Shown piece after piece: positions 12,804 through 25,683 of a DNA stretch of 64,000 nucleotides. Position 1 is the stretch's first letter; each line of letters opens with the position of its first letter. The notes beneath the pieces are model-generated. The model was not told where the DNA came from. It was given only the letters and a program-made list of their open reading frames with translations, and made no database searches. The stretch lies in assembly GCA_012295275.1 (NCBI GenBank), contig CM022673.1, forward strand, positions 25,234,001 to 25,298,000, written 5' to 3'. Made by a program: the position numbers and the translations under genes. Origin of the DNA: Chrysomallon squamiferum. Its lineage: Eukaryota > Animalia > Mollusca.

Positions 12804-12839
<36 letters not shown>

Positions 12840-14102
12840 TCAAGTGATTCTTTTTTGTCAGTAAATACCAGTTTTTAAATAGTTTCTGGTCTCTTTCATT
12901 ATGTTAACACAGAGCGTAAAATTTTGACAAAAAATGACTGCAAGGGCAAGAAGTAGTTACTGAATATATTAAACAATTAACACATATTTATCAAGGAAAA
13001 TGTGATGTAAGTGCAAGTATAAAGAGTTGCCAAGTAATATTATTCTTTTTTGCACTGGTACATTGCTTTTGGAGTTTATTTATATTTATCCAGTTTATTT
13101 AGTCATTGTTAAAAAAATATTTAACTTGTATTGCTTTGCAGCATATTGTGAAAAAGTATAAGGTATTTTTGTTTTAAAAACAGTTATTACGATGATCTTC
13201 AGTCATTTTCACTGTTACCTGGTTGAAATTAACTTCTACAAAGTGCATGCATTTTTTATATATAACTGTTGAATTATGTTAATAATGTATTCTGTTTTCA
13301 GACATAAAGTTGTTTTTCACTGTTTATAACTGTCATTATATCTATTTTAATTTAATTATTAAAATTATTCTGACTTTGAAGATAGAATTACATTATAATG
13401 ATTGTCTGGGACTCAGTATTGCTCAATTATTGATGTACTAGTATGAAATGTAGCATCAGATATCATTTATGTTTTATTTTTTTTAAATTCAGGATTTTTT
13501 TTTATTTTACTTTCAAATTTTTTTATTAGAAGTAAATATTACATTTTACATTTGTTATGTATAACATGAACAAATAATTACATATTCAAAGCAAATCATT
13601 GACAAGTAGTAACAGAAAAGTGCAGTATTTTTATTTAATTAATAGATTTAAAAACTTTGTTTGAAATAACAAGTTTTTGAACTGGTTCTACATATTTAGA
13701 ATAGCAGTTACACGGTTTTCTTTTTCTGTTTTTATTTTTAAATTTTTTATTTATTCTTATTTCTTTCTTTTTTTATTTTTAATCTTTATTTATTCTTTTT
13801 TATTATTATTTTTTTAATGTTATTACTAGTATATTTATAATATTTATCAAGCTGTTACATTTTCACAGTTATGTTTAAATAGTCAAAAAACAAGAATTAT
13901 AACACGAAATCTAGAATAATTAATTGATTTTGAATAATACATTACTGTTTCTTGTACAGCTTATGTCAGGATATATTTCATGATGGAATTCTTTGAATTT
14001 TTTGATGAATATGATCTACTTTTTAAGAATTCAGATTATGATTTAGAACAGTTTTTTAATTATATAGCTTTGGTTTTCTGGACAAGTAATATAAATAATA
14101 TT

Positions 14103-14138
<36 letters not shown>

Positions 14139-15935
14139 ATTGGATATTTAAAAAAATGAATTGAAATAAATTTGATTTACTTATTTTATTTTTCAGAAAA
14201 TTGGGATTACAGAGCCAAAAACTTAGAAAATCAAGCTCATCTCTTGACAGCTGCTGAATTAAAAAAACGTGGAATTACACGATACGATGCAGAAATTATT
14301 CTTTCTCAGGGACTTTCACTGCCAGATCCCAAGATTCTTGTTGAAAGGGACATAACATTAAACATGGACAAACATACCTCAGGAATTGGTCACTGTCGAT
14401 CGAACCCAGTTCGACGGGCTAGTCATATATCAAACAGTCCCTATGGTAGGAACGGAACTAATAGAGTGCTTTCAACATCTGCTGACAATGCTAAATCCAA
14501 ACCTCTTTCAGAGTTGTGCCCAGGTAAAATAAGCACAAGTTCTGTTAAGAAGGAAATCTGTAGTGCATTGAATCCCTGCTTAGTGCGAAATTCCAGAAGG
14601 AAAAGACGACGCTTTTTCCCCAAAGTGAGGACAAAAAGTAAAAGCAGAACAACAACGTGTGACTCTATGATGGAAAATTCAGATGATCTCGAGAGTGAGG
14701 AAAATGTTAAACTTGAAATTTTTCCTATGCAATCACACGAGCCTATAAATAACACAAATCATCGAAAGAGAAAACTGAGTTCTTGCGGGCAGAACGATTC
14801 ACTTGTGTCACCACTGAGAACGTCAAAATACGCTGGTATAAACATTAAATGCGAACCAGGCTTGGAATGTGAAGAGGAACAAAGGTCTGACTCTAGGTAT
14901 GATCCATTTGACATACAGTCTTTGGATGACAACAATGACTTTCAGTTTGTTGGACGCTTTAGTCCAAGTCGAAATTTATGTAGGGCCCAGTTTAGTCCTT
15001 GTCAAGAACGAAATACCCAAAGTGTCCTCTCATCAGTGTCCAAGGAAGAAAATGGCTCAAAAATGCCTCCACCTTTGGAGCCCATTTCTCCTGAACCTTA
15101 CAGAAATGGGCACACTAAACATTTCACTCCAAAATCAAAAAAGCGTCAGCTGCCTTCAAGTCCACTTAGACAGAGTCCTCGACTGCGAGGACTTAGGCCA
15201 GACGGCAAAAGCATCCATCAAGATCTTTTATCTAAAGGTGGCGAGGATAATTCAGAGCACATTGAGAACAACTGTTCTAACATGGATAGGTCCATGGAAA
15301 TGGTTGAAGATGATGATGATGAGATGCCTGTACTCGTGAAACAAAGGATTGATACAAACCACAATATTCAGGAATCCACAGCAGATAACGACTTTGATAA
15401 TTCAGACTTCTTCGCTGTTTCGCGATCTCCTCAAACAGGAGCCACTCCACAGCATCGCATCCACTCAGCTTTTGATGATCCAAACAGCAGAAACAGTGCT
15501 GATAAGTCAGATTCCGAATCCGATAATTCTTTACAGATGCCTTCTATAGAACTGGCCAGCTCCAAGTCATGCAGCCCTATTCACTGTGATAGCTTTTATA
15601 ATAATAACAGTTCGAAAAAGACGTTTCCACGGGTTACAATCAAAATGAAACGGGATCCTATTTTGGAGGAAGAGTTAGCTAATCAGTCTTCCTCTAGTGT
15701 TTTTTTCAAATGGGATGATGGCAGTGATACAGAAACAGTAACTGACCATTCCATAAATGCTTTTTCTTACAAGAGAAAGAAAATGTTGAGAACCGAAACG
15801 CACAAAGTTGACCAAATGTCATATTACTCATCTTCACCACTAAATAATTACCGTCCAAAAAAACTGAGGTTGAAATTCGGCAAGAATGCTGTTGATATGA
15901 TAGACATAAATATCCCTCCATATAAAGAATTATGA
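10190..15935 (+). CDS. KMT5B: Histone H4K20 methyltransferase Suv4-20 (KMT5B/C orthologue), ~879-883 aa
   Basis: Exons 10190-10200 (MKYR; alternative start ATG 10316), 10315-10452, 10708-10870, 11120-11232, 11674-11860, 12208-12344, 12581-12744, 14197-15935, phases consistent. Diagnostic motifs: [110 protein letters not shown]. Confidence 0.96.
14104..14134. repeat. (TG)n microsatellite
   Basis: Read directly, in the last KMT5B intron. Confidence 0.9.
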
Positions 15936-18900
15936 TGATGGTGTGATTTTAGTGCTTTTTGATTGTTGTCATTGTTAAGAAATTTAAGTTAAAACTTGTT
16001 GAACTGTTTTTGGCTTTCTGTTTTTTTAATACCATCAAAGCAAGTTTCTTTACTCAAAAATTCTTGCTAAAATATGTTTCACAGATAATGAAATGTATGG
16101 GGAAACCCACAAAAGGTTTAAATATAGACCTTTTAAAATTAATTGAACAATATTAAATCATATACTTTATTGGTCAGATGGTAAATTGTTTTGGTATGAA
16201 AATAGAATGATCTAACCAAGACACAAAGTTAAAGATAAATAGGGATGGAAGTATAATACAAATTTCACATGCACAGAAACATGCACATGCAAGTAGGAGT
16301 TAAAAAAAATCAATTTCATAATAAAATTAAAATATATAAATATTCATATTAAAATAAAATTTAACGTTATTCAACTTGGTGTTTGTGTGTATGTGTTGAA
16401 GCTGGCTTATTACAGTTAGAAAAATGTATAGCAGAGATTCAAAGCTCTGTTAAAGTAAAGGATTTAGATATATCATCTCATTTACTCTTCCTGTTGAAAA
16501 CAATCATTCTGAACTCAGTGATTTTTTAATTGCATTTGTAACAGATGGGTAGAGGTAATACTTTCAAGTTACAATAAGATCTCTTTATTAATTTAAATGA
16601 AATGGGTAGAAATGAACCAATATATAGAGAGAATAAAATGATATTCTAAAATACATGCATGGCTGCAATAAATTTTTGTTGGGATGTAGATATGGATGAA
16701 ATATATTTAATACTCGTGGAAATTAATGTCTGCTAATAAAACAATACAATAGTAAAGTAAGTTCTCAATGATTACTAGAAACCTTCCTTTCATTCACAAA
16801 AATAACTTCTTTTCTTTCTTTTTTTAAATAATCCTGACAGTAAATCATTTCTTTTTCTTTTTCTTTTTAACATTTTACATACACATGGTCACAATTAACA
16901 TTTCATTTGCAAAATATTTCATTTTTGCATTCTAAGTAAATTACAATGTACTTACCTCGAGTTAAAATGACAGTAACATAATTCTGACACTGGTGAAAGA
17001 TGGAAAGATTTTGCAAAGGGAATATTTAATAAATATTTTCAGTTTGGTTACACCTTTTAAAAGTCATTCGAAGATGAATAGTTAAAGAAAAAAATTAATT
17101 ATCTGACTGAAGCAAACTTAATTCAGTTAGACTATTGTAATTTTGCATCATTTATTTACAAATAAAAATAATTCTTCTTTAGAGCAAAAAACATTTACTG
17201 CTGATAAAGCATATATTCATTCTTAAAATACGTTCTTAATTCTAAATTATGCTGTCCTCATAGTAATACAAAATGTGGATACATTTTACACTTAAACAAA
17301 ATCACAAATCACTCAAGTTGAATGACTTAACCTCATCTATTAAAGATGAGTTTAGGCAGGGAGGCCTTTTCAAATTTCCAAAATGAGGCTGTAACAATCA
17401 TGGTTATAGATTAATCTGAGAGGGGGTGCATGAGTACGTTTGAGAAAATGAGAAAAAAATAAATTTATTTACTTTTCTTTTCCACTAGTCCTTTTCACTA
17501 TTCAGTAATTCATCATTCTGCATATGTTAGCTGTTGTTAGAGCTTACAGTTCCAGTTTTAAATATATCAGTGTTTTTAATAAAAAAAACAACAACTAAAG
17601 GACAAATAGAATTTTCAGTAAGTAAAAATCATTCAATATCAAATGCATTTCAGTGTTTTCTTTAGAAAACAGTTTCCAGAAAAGTTTTTTAAAATCTTAC
17701 TAATAAGAAATCAGTAGATATAACAAAAAATAAATTAAATATTTCTATCCATATAGGAGCAATGAGTAAACTGAAAATGCATAAATAAAATAATAAATAA
17801 ATAAAAATTTGAAAGTCATCTCAGATTCTTAAGCACCACTTTATATTCAGTAATTTTTTTTTTTTCTACTCTCAATTTAAACTACAATTTAAATATAAAA
17901 TAAACTGTTTATAATATATCTTTTTTTTAAAATAAACATGCAAGGTAACCTGGTGCTGTTCTTATGAGCTGCTCCGTCAGTATAAGTTAAGCACAAAGTA
18001 TCTTTTGAAAGCATCTTCCCATACTTGTATAATGATAGAAAATACCATACCACAACATTTGATAATCCAAACATTGGAAAAAGCTAAAAAGATGCATTTT
18101 GTTCTTAATATATAAACTAGCCATTTTGAATGTATACTGGGGTTTTTTTATGGATATTGTGGTTGCCTGAATTTGACCCCTTTAATCCTAAAAAGGTTTC
18201 AATACGTTGACTTTTCTTGTTGACACAGGTGTACAAACTATACACAGCCAAAATCACAGAATAATACATTTATATAAAATGTTCTGATTAGAAGAATAAT
18301 TATAATTTTGCAGTATTTTGATATAAATAGTGCATTTTTCTAATATTATTCTAAATTCCACAAACTCATTCTTAATTTTATGATAAAAATTAAAATGTAA
18401 TAATACTGAGAAACAATTTTAGAACCTTTATAAAATAATAATAAAAATAAAAATTAGAATAAAAATAAAATTAAAATATATTTTCTTTGCTAAAAGGCCA
18501 GGAACAGATAATTATATGTTTGTTGTTGGATTTTTGTTGGTTTTTTTCTTTGTGTTTTTTTTTTCAAAATATCTAATAAGACTATATGGATTTTCTGCTC
18601 TTTGCACATTTAATAAATTGAAGTTTAAATTAGAAACTATATCTTGTGTTAACTGTGAAAATTTAACATCTAGAATTTACTGAAATAAATAATCCATTCA
18701 TTTTAAATACCAGTTGAAATAAAATATTAAATAATTTAGCTCCAATATAAGTTATATTTATACATAAATTTGATGTTTTCAGACTTAAGAATGCTTGTAT
18801 GTAAAGAACAATTGCATATTCATTTTCTTGATTTCAGTAGGTTGTAGTTTATTTATTCACGCATTTTAATAACAACAACATTAAATGCGCTGGACGATTA

Positions 18901-19535
18901 TGGTTGTACTTGTCACGTTTTTAATCATACATATTTTATTTCTTAAAATTTTTTATTATTATTATTTTATTTTTTAAAATTATTATTCATTTTTTGAATT
19001 TTATTTATTTATTTTTATTTTTTTTTTTTTTTCAAATCACGCACATGCACTGGGTCGAGTTATTAGTCTTTTCTCTTTTTTGTTTTCATATATATTTATT
19101 TATTTTAATATTTTTATCTACAACTTTCTAGATTCAGTTTATTCCTTTACTGTTCAGAAATCCTGAAACTGCCGATAACATATAACCTACAAAATGTGTT
19201 TATGCTATGATCAAAGTTCTACAACTATCTGCAAGCGTAACAAAGTACACGCTGACCCGGCTTAGAAACAATCTATTATTTTACCTCGTTCTGTATACTT
19301 CGTTAAATTATTCTGTTATGCTTGCAGGATAAATGCATATACGTGGGAAAAAATGCATTTACTCTATATAATGTGATTTATATTTTAGCACCTAAAACAC
19401 CTGTTTATCTAATTTATTTTATTATTGCAATATTTTTATAGGTCATCTATTTTGTCGGATAAGTAAACTGGGGTAGTAGTTGGGAACGAAACACGTGAAG
19501 TTGTCTGTCTTTATGCTGGTTGTTGCTGTTGAAGA

Positions 19536-22500
19536 ATGCCTGCTGCCTCTACAAAAACCGACAATAAAGCCTCTACGGAGGCGTCGAGTGCGATCCAACA
19601 AGCTATCGCTGTTGTGGAAAAGAAAATCCGCAATCTTGAGAAACGAAAGGTATGAAAATACATTTTTATAATCCGTAAATAAATGTTACTCAGATAGTTC
19701 TTACAAATACAACGCCGGTTAAGAAGAATTTCGTAATTTTTATTTTTTTTTTTTGAAAATGTCCTTAAACAGCGTACTAATTAGTTAATAATATTAAAAA
19801 AAAGAAAAGAAAAGAAAAAAAAGAAAATAGTAAAATATAAAAGAAAATTGTTACTAGGTATTTTGAATTAAAATTCAGTTTATTTCTTGTGCGATAGAAT
19901 ATTTATTAAATTAGGTGAATGTATCATAACTTCCGTGTAATTTCATTTCAAAGTAAAGGTAGGATTATTTTTCTGTTACGAAATATATTTAAACTTGTGC
20001 TATTCTTTACAAATCGGAATTTTGTTAAGCTTCTAAAGTCAAGTCAGATGAGAACAATGGAAAAATAAAAAATCAGAAAAATAAAACAATTTCATTTTCA
20101 GAGAATAGTTTTAAGCCCAAAATGACCAATGACCTTAATCTGGTTTTCATTAACTGATCATCAGAAATTCATATTATCAATGATATAACCTATTATTTTT
20201 GACATACATAAACAACACATTTAACTAGTTCATATTTTTTCATAGATAACTAGTTCATACATATTTTTATAAATAAGACTGGTTCCCAGTAACCTAATTT
20301 TATGATTTCATAATTTAATGTGTACATTGACTGATTTATGTCACTAACATTGTTTTTAACTTGCTGACATTTCCTTTTGTTAATAATCACTGTTAAATAA
20401 AATTTTGGTTTTGTTGATAAATTAAATAATCAAATGATATTCATGATTTCCATTCTTTAGCTATCGGTGTATTATCATTAAAAATACTAAATCTTTTTAA
20501 CTGTTAAAAATATATTTAATTAAAATTCTAATCTGAAATGCCTATTTAATTTAGTTAAATATTCATTACTTAATTTTCAGTCAAAGCTTGATCTCATTCG
20601 TAAAAAAGCTGAAGATGGTTTTGAACTGGAACATGATCAGCAGGTATATTTTTTCATTATTTAAAAAGTTTACTTTGCAGTTCATTATTCAAAAAGAATT
20701 GTTACTGTAAATCTACTTCCTTTATGAAAGCTATGAATATTGTCTACACTGTCAAGCATGTAATAATAATAAGTTAATAAATATCAGATTTTTGTACTAA
20801 ATCATTAATTTTGCTTAAAAAATTAAATCATTTTATTTGTTTATCTAATGATATAAAATGTTGTTAATGCTCATACAAATTGGTTCAACTTACACATTAT
20901 TTTTAGGTGGCAATTAAAAAATATGACTTGGTTATTCAGTCGTTGGAATTTGCCAGAGAGCTAAAGACTCAGTTTCAGAGTATTAATAATGAGGTGAGAG
21001 TAATCAGATGTGGACATCACTTATATTTATTTTGATACTTGTAGTCTAATATTCTAAGTTATTATACATTTCTATACTATCATGATCACTAACTGTCTAC
21101 TGTTTAAAAGATAGCAGGAAATGTCTTGGGCTCCATTTATTCAATGTATCTGTGGTAATTTTACATATATTCTTGTCTTAATGGAATTTACTGGAGTACA
21201 GAACAGGCAACTGAATGGAAAAAATTATTTTTAAAATTTTATAGTTTTAAGTGAAGTTTCATTGCAAACCATTTCAGTAACTGCCACAGAATAATTTGCC
21301 TTGTGTTTTTAAATATTGAAAATTTAGGAATATGTTATTATCATTGTTATTTTATTTATCAGGCAGAAAAATTGCTTCGGAAGCAAGCAAAGCGAGAGAA
21401 AATTGAACGACAGGCTACGGAGGTAAAGAGAATTCGTGAAGTGTTGAAACTTCAGACTCTTCTTGACAACATGGGCTCGGATAAAGTTCGCAGTGATTTC
21501 AAAAGTGGAAAGCATGGGGCAGTGGTAAGCAGTTCATCTTCAGATCTATTCCACTAATATATTCAGAGATGTCAGATTACTAATGTAACATAGCTAACCA
21601 AAATGCATTTAGAATTTGTTTTTAATGTTACATTCCTTATAATTTTTCTCCTGCTTCCAGAGTTCTTTACGTGGAAGTCAGTTCACACTTTTTTTCCTAT
21701 CATAATTTTTGTGGTTTCTTTTTTTTTTTAATCTTTTTCTTCTGTTACATATATCTAAAATATTCAGCATATCACAAGCAAAAACTTGTTATGTTATCTT
21801 CACAGCATATCCTAATTGACTAAAAAAATGAAATTTTATCTGTTTCAGGTGTTAAGTGATGAAAATCTGAATCAGCTTGATGAGCTGTATCAGCTGATCA
21901 GTCCATCTCGGGATGATGATAATTATCAGGAGCAGGTGGTCGCAGCTTCGGAACACATCGTCAACCTGCTTGACATGAAAGAAAAGGAGGTTGTCGGAAC
22001 AACCTACAAGGAACTGAAGGACCTGATCAACCTCATCAGTGATTGTGGTTATTTTGAGAATGCTCGCAAAGCTGAAGAACAACCTGAAGGTACAAACGCA
22101 ATTTTGGGAGTGGTTATAATTTAAATAAAATATTTCTTTAGCTTACATACAATCATAGTAATATCTCTCAGTGCAGACAGAATTGTCAGAATGATATCTT
22201 TAAAATGTGGTGTAAGGTTTGTTTATTTATGTAATGGGTAGTAATTAAATGTTTTTTAATTGACCATTTTCATCCATTGTGAGAATTATTTTCAATATTT
22301 GAGTAATTTGATATTTCATCTGTCATGTTTATGGCAAACTGTTGAGGTTTTCAGTGGTTGTTATTTGAAATAGCTTAAAGGCACTGTTTTGTAAAATTGT
22401 GTTCAAATTCTGATTTCAAAGCTCTCGGTGTCAATATTTTTAGCTCCTGAAGCAGAGGAGACGGAAAAACTGACAGAGAAGATGGGCAGTGTGGACATCA

Positions 22501-25070
22501 TTGCTGAAGAAGTCCTGCTCAAAAAGGAAGATTTGCCGTACGAACAAGTCCTCATCCAGCAGGAGGATCGTGCCCTAGACCAGGTGTCGAGTGCCCAGAG
22601 CCCTGAGATCCTGCAGTCAGGATTTTACGCAGACAGCTACCCAGAGCAGCGCCAGAAACCTGTCGATGAAATCATAACCCCAATGCAAGGAACATTTAAC
22701 TTTCTCCAAGAATCAACCATTGACATTGAAACTTGTGCGTAAACAAATATGTAACTCTTCTTAGTTTAATTTTATTTTTTAGAATGATAAAATTAACAGA
22801 ACTTTCTTCAGTGCGAAAAATCTTAAAACGTACCGATTTATGCCGACATTTTAGTCTGCGTGACTTTTTAATTACACGTATTTCTGCATTTGGTTTTTCT
22901 TCGTCAAGTACACACGTTTGTTCATTTTTTACAGCACCTCACATAGACCCAGCTGTTGTTGCAGCGCAGCCGATGTCTCGACAGCCCAGACAGACTGATC
23001 CACTTACGCAGTCAGCTTTCAGCAGACCTGGATTTGGCGACCAGCTTAGCAAACAGACAGACCCAACACCTAACGATCAGACAAAGCCATATTCACAAGC
23101 AGCAGAGCCTAACATTGGGCTCGACTTCACCAGTTCAACTTTTGGCCAGAGTGCCCTGACACAAAACTTACCTGCTGATTCCATATTCCCGTCAGTGGGT
23201 GATTCGACGTCACAGATAACACATGCTGTGATAGGCCAGTCTGTTGCTGAGAATTCTGTCGGTCAGTTTGACTTGCCACCTTCGATACCTATGCCTCCCA
23301 ACCAGGTAAAGAAAAAAATATATATATTTATTGGTTTAATCCATCTTTTGAGATTTTTAAAACAGAAACGTTTATAATTTATTTCAAAGATTGTAATAAA
23401 TATTCAGTTTTTTTTAAAGATGAGTTTGAGTTGCATTTTAAAACATTTTGTCTTGAATGTAAAATAAAAAATAAAATTCTTGTTTTTCTTACAAGCAGCA
23501 AGATGACTCACAAGACGCGGCGAGCCAGGCTGAAAAGAAGTTCACAATGAATGCCAGTGCACCAGTATTCCAGTCGATGTATTCCCAGACGAGTGCACAG
23601 GGCATGCTGCCTGAGGCAGGATCCCAGCAGACTGCCCCAGCCGAGGACTCGAATGGTTCTGCATATCAAAGTAAGAACTGCTTTTCTTCTTCGCTTTGAG
23701 AGACACATCACGATGTGTTGTCGTGTAATTGTAGTTTTGAATAGGTGCAACTGTTTCATATGTTTTTTTTATAAATATAGGCATGTCTCAAATGACAAAC
23801 AAAACTCAAATTTTGTGTTACTCCTTTTTGAACTATTTAGGTATGGGAAAAATGTCCATAAATTGTTGCATAAGTAATTTTCAGGTTAAATGATACCTTT
23901 AAATATTTCTTTTGAAAAACACTTTTTTCAAGAAGTAGTTATTTTTATTATTATTATTATTATTATTTTTTTTTTTTTTTTTCAGGCCCTCGATTCCAAA
24001 CTGAAGCAGCTCAGAGAAGTGGTAGAGGTGGTGGTGGGTTTCGAGGAGGGCGGGGAAATGCTAGAGGGGGATCTTCCAGCAATGGAATGCAAAATGGATT
24101 CACCCGGGGAGGACAAACAGCCCGAGCAGGTGGAAGAGGTTAGGAGAAAAAAAATACTTGTTATATTGTGTTTCTTTAAGAGTGTTTGATTATAGTGGTA
24201 GATAAAATTTCTGTGAATAAATGTTATAATTCCTTTTAACTTTGTTCACAAATTTAATTCTTCCAAATTTTTGCATGTTAAAATGTTATTAGTGCATAGT
24301 TGACATTTTTTACTGGATTTAATATAAATAATATTTTTTCGACTATTTTCGACATTCTGCATGTTTCTCTTAAGTCCTTCTAAATGTGAAAGTTACCAAG
24401 AAACTTTGAACCTCATTGGTCATTTATTCCTAACTGAACTGCTAAGAATATGTTCTGACAGCATTTTGTTTGCAATGATTTTAAATGTGTTTTCTGTCGT
24501 CCTGTAGGAGGATCAAACTATCAAGGCTTTCCTCCACGTAATGACTATCGCCCAGAGGGGTATCAGGGATACAACAACAACACAAACAGTGGAGGATTTG
24601 CAGGGGGATTTCAGAAACGAGGAGGTGGTGGTGGAGGTATTGCTGGCAGCTCTAGAGGAGGTAATATAATCTTTACTTCATTTTCTACACAGTCTGTCAG
24701 TGTACCCTGTGTTTTCAGAAAGATCTTAGTTTGAAAATGAAATATAATTAAACAGCTTTTATACCTTTTCAAGATAGTATGAGACTTTGTGCTTGCTGTT
24801 ATTAGACAAATTAACATGAAATAGAATGCCTTCATTTTATTTTTCGGTATTTTAAAAAAATTTTTTTTTTATTAATACAGTTTTATGAATTTCTTTTAAT
24901 TGCCTTCTTAACCACAGACCTCCCATTTAATTACAGTTTTAATAATTAAAGTGTTAATAAAAAATAAAAAATTTTATATATATTTTTGTTATTCAGGTGC
25001 TGGGGCAGTGAGAAACACGCGCGCACGAGGGGGAGGATTTGGTCGTCCAGCCTCAGCTCAGTATCACTAG
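19536..25070 (+). CDS. CAPRIN1: Caprin (Caprin-1/RNG105 homologue), RNA-granule protein, 11 coding exons, ~626 aa
   Basis: Exons 19536-19649, 20581-20643, 20907-20993, 21363-21524, 21849-22089, 22444-22734, 22935-23305, 23499-23670, 23986-24138, 24508-24660, 24997-25070 (1881 nt, phases consistent). Motifs: EKKIRNLEKRKSKL, LEFAREL, LLDNMGSDKVRSDF, LDELYQL, VVGTTYKELK, the G3BP-binding-like FNFLQES, DPAVVAAQPM, and a C-terminal RGG/FG-rich tail with no C1q domain. Confidence 0.93.
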
Positions 25071-25239
25071 AAACTACATGACAACACAATTCCATGCAGC
25101 TCTCTATTTACCGAAACAGAATTATTCCTGGACCTACTTATTCAGGATTTCCCTGAGTTTGGGATTCTTTTATATATTTATATTCAGGGGAGCCAGTTTA
25201 GAAGTTATGCACTCCTTTTTTTCAGGGACTTCACATTTC

Positions 25240-25284
<45 letters not shown>

Positions 25285-25650
25285 GTCCAGAAATAATTCA
25301 TTTTATTGCTAGTTGCATGGATGTGTGTAGGTGTGGTGTGGCAAATTTCAACGGACAACAACTACTTCAGCGGACTTCAATTTGCTTTTTTTTTTTTTTC
25401 AACAAGTGAAAAAGGAAAGAAAATCATCAGACATAAAAAAGAAACTGTGTAACTGGCAATACTAACAAGACAGAACTGTACAATATTCCAATTTCGTCTC
25501 TTGTGCTGTGTATCACAACTGTGTTTGACGTTTGTTCAAAATGTTAACATCCAGTCATGTTCATTTGTCAAGACTTCACTTTCTGTTTTTCATCCAGTTT
25601 TCATCATAGTGCTTTTGAACATGATTGTATGTTTCTTTTGAACAAATAAG

Positions 25651-25683
<33 letters not shown>

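Noticed and set aside
14441-15921. Alternative-frame and antisense ORFs overlapping the big KMT5B exon (also over Caprin exons)
   Set aside because: Shadow ORFs expected in GC-richer coding sequence; no recognisable motifs.
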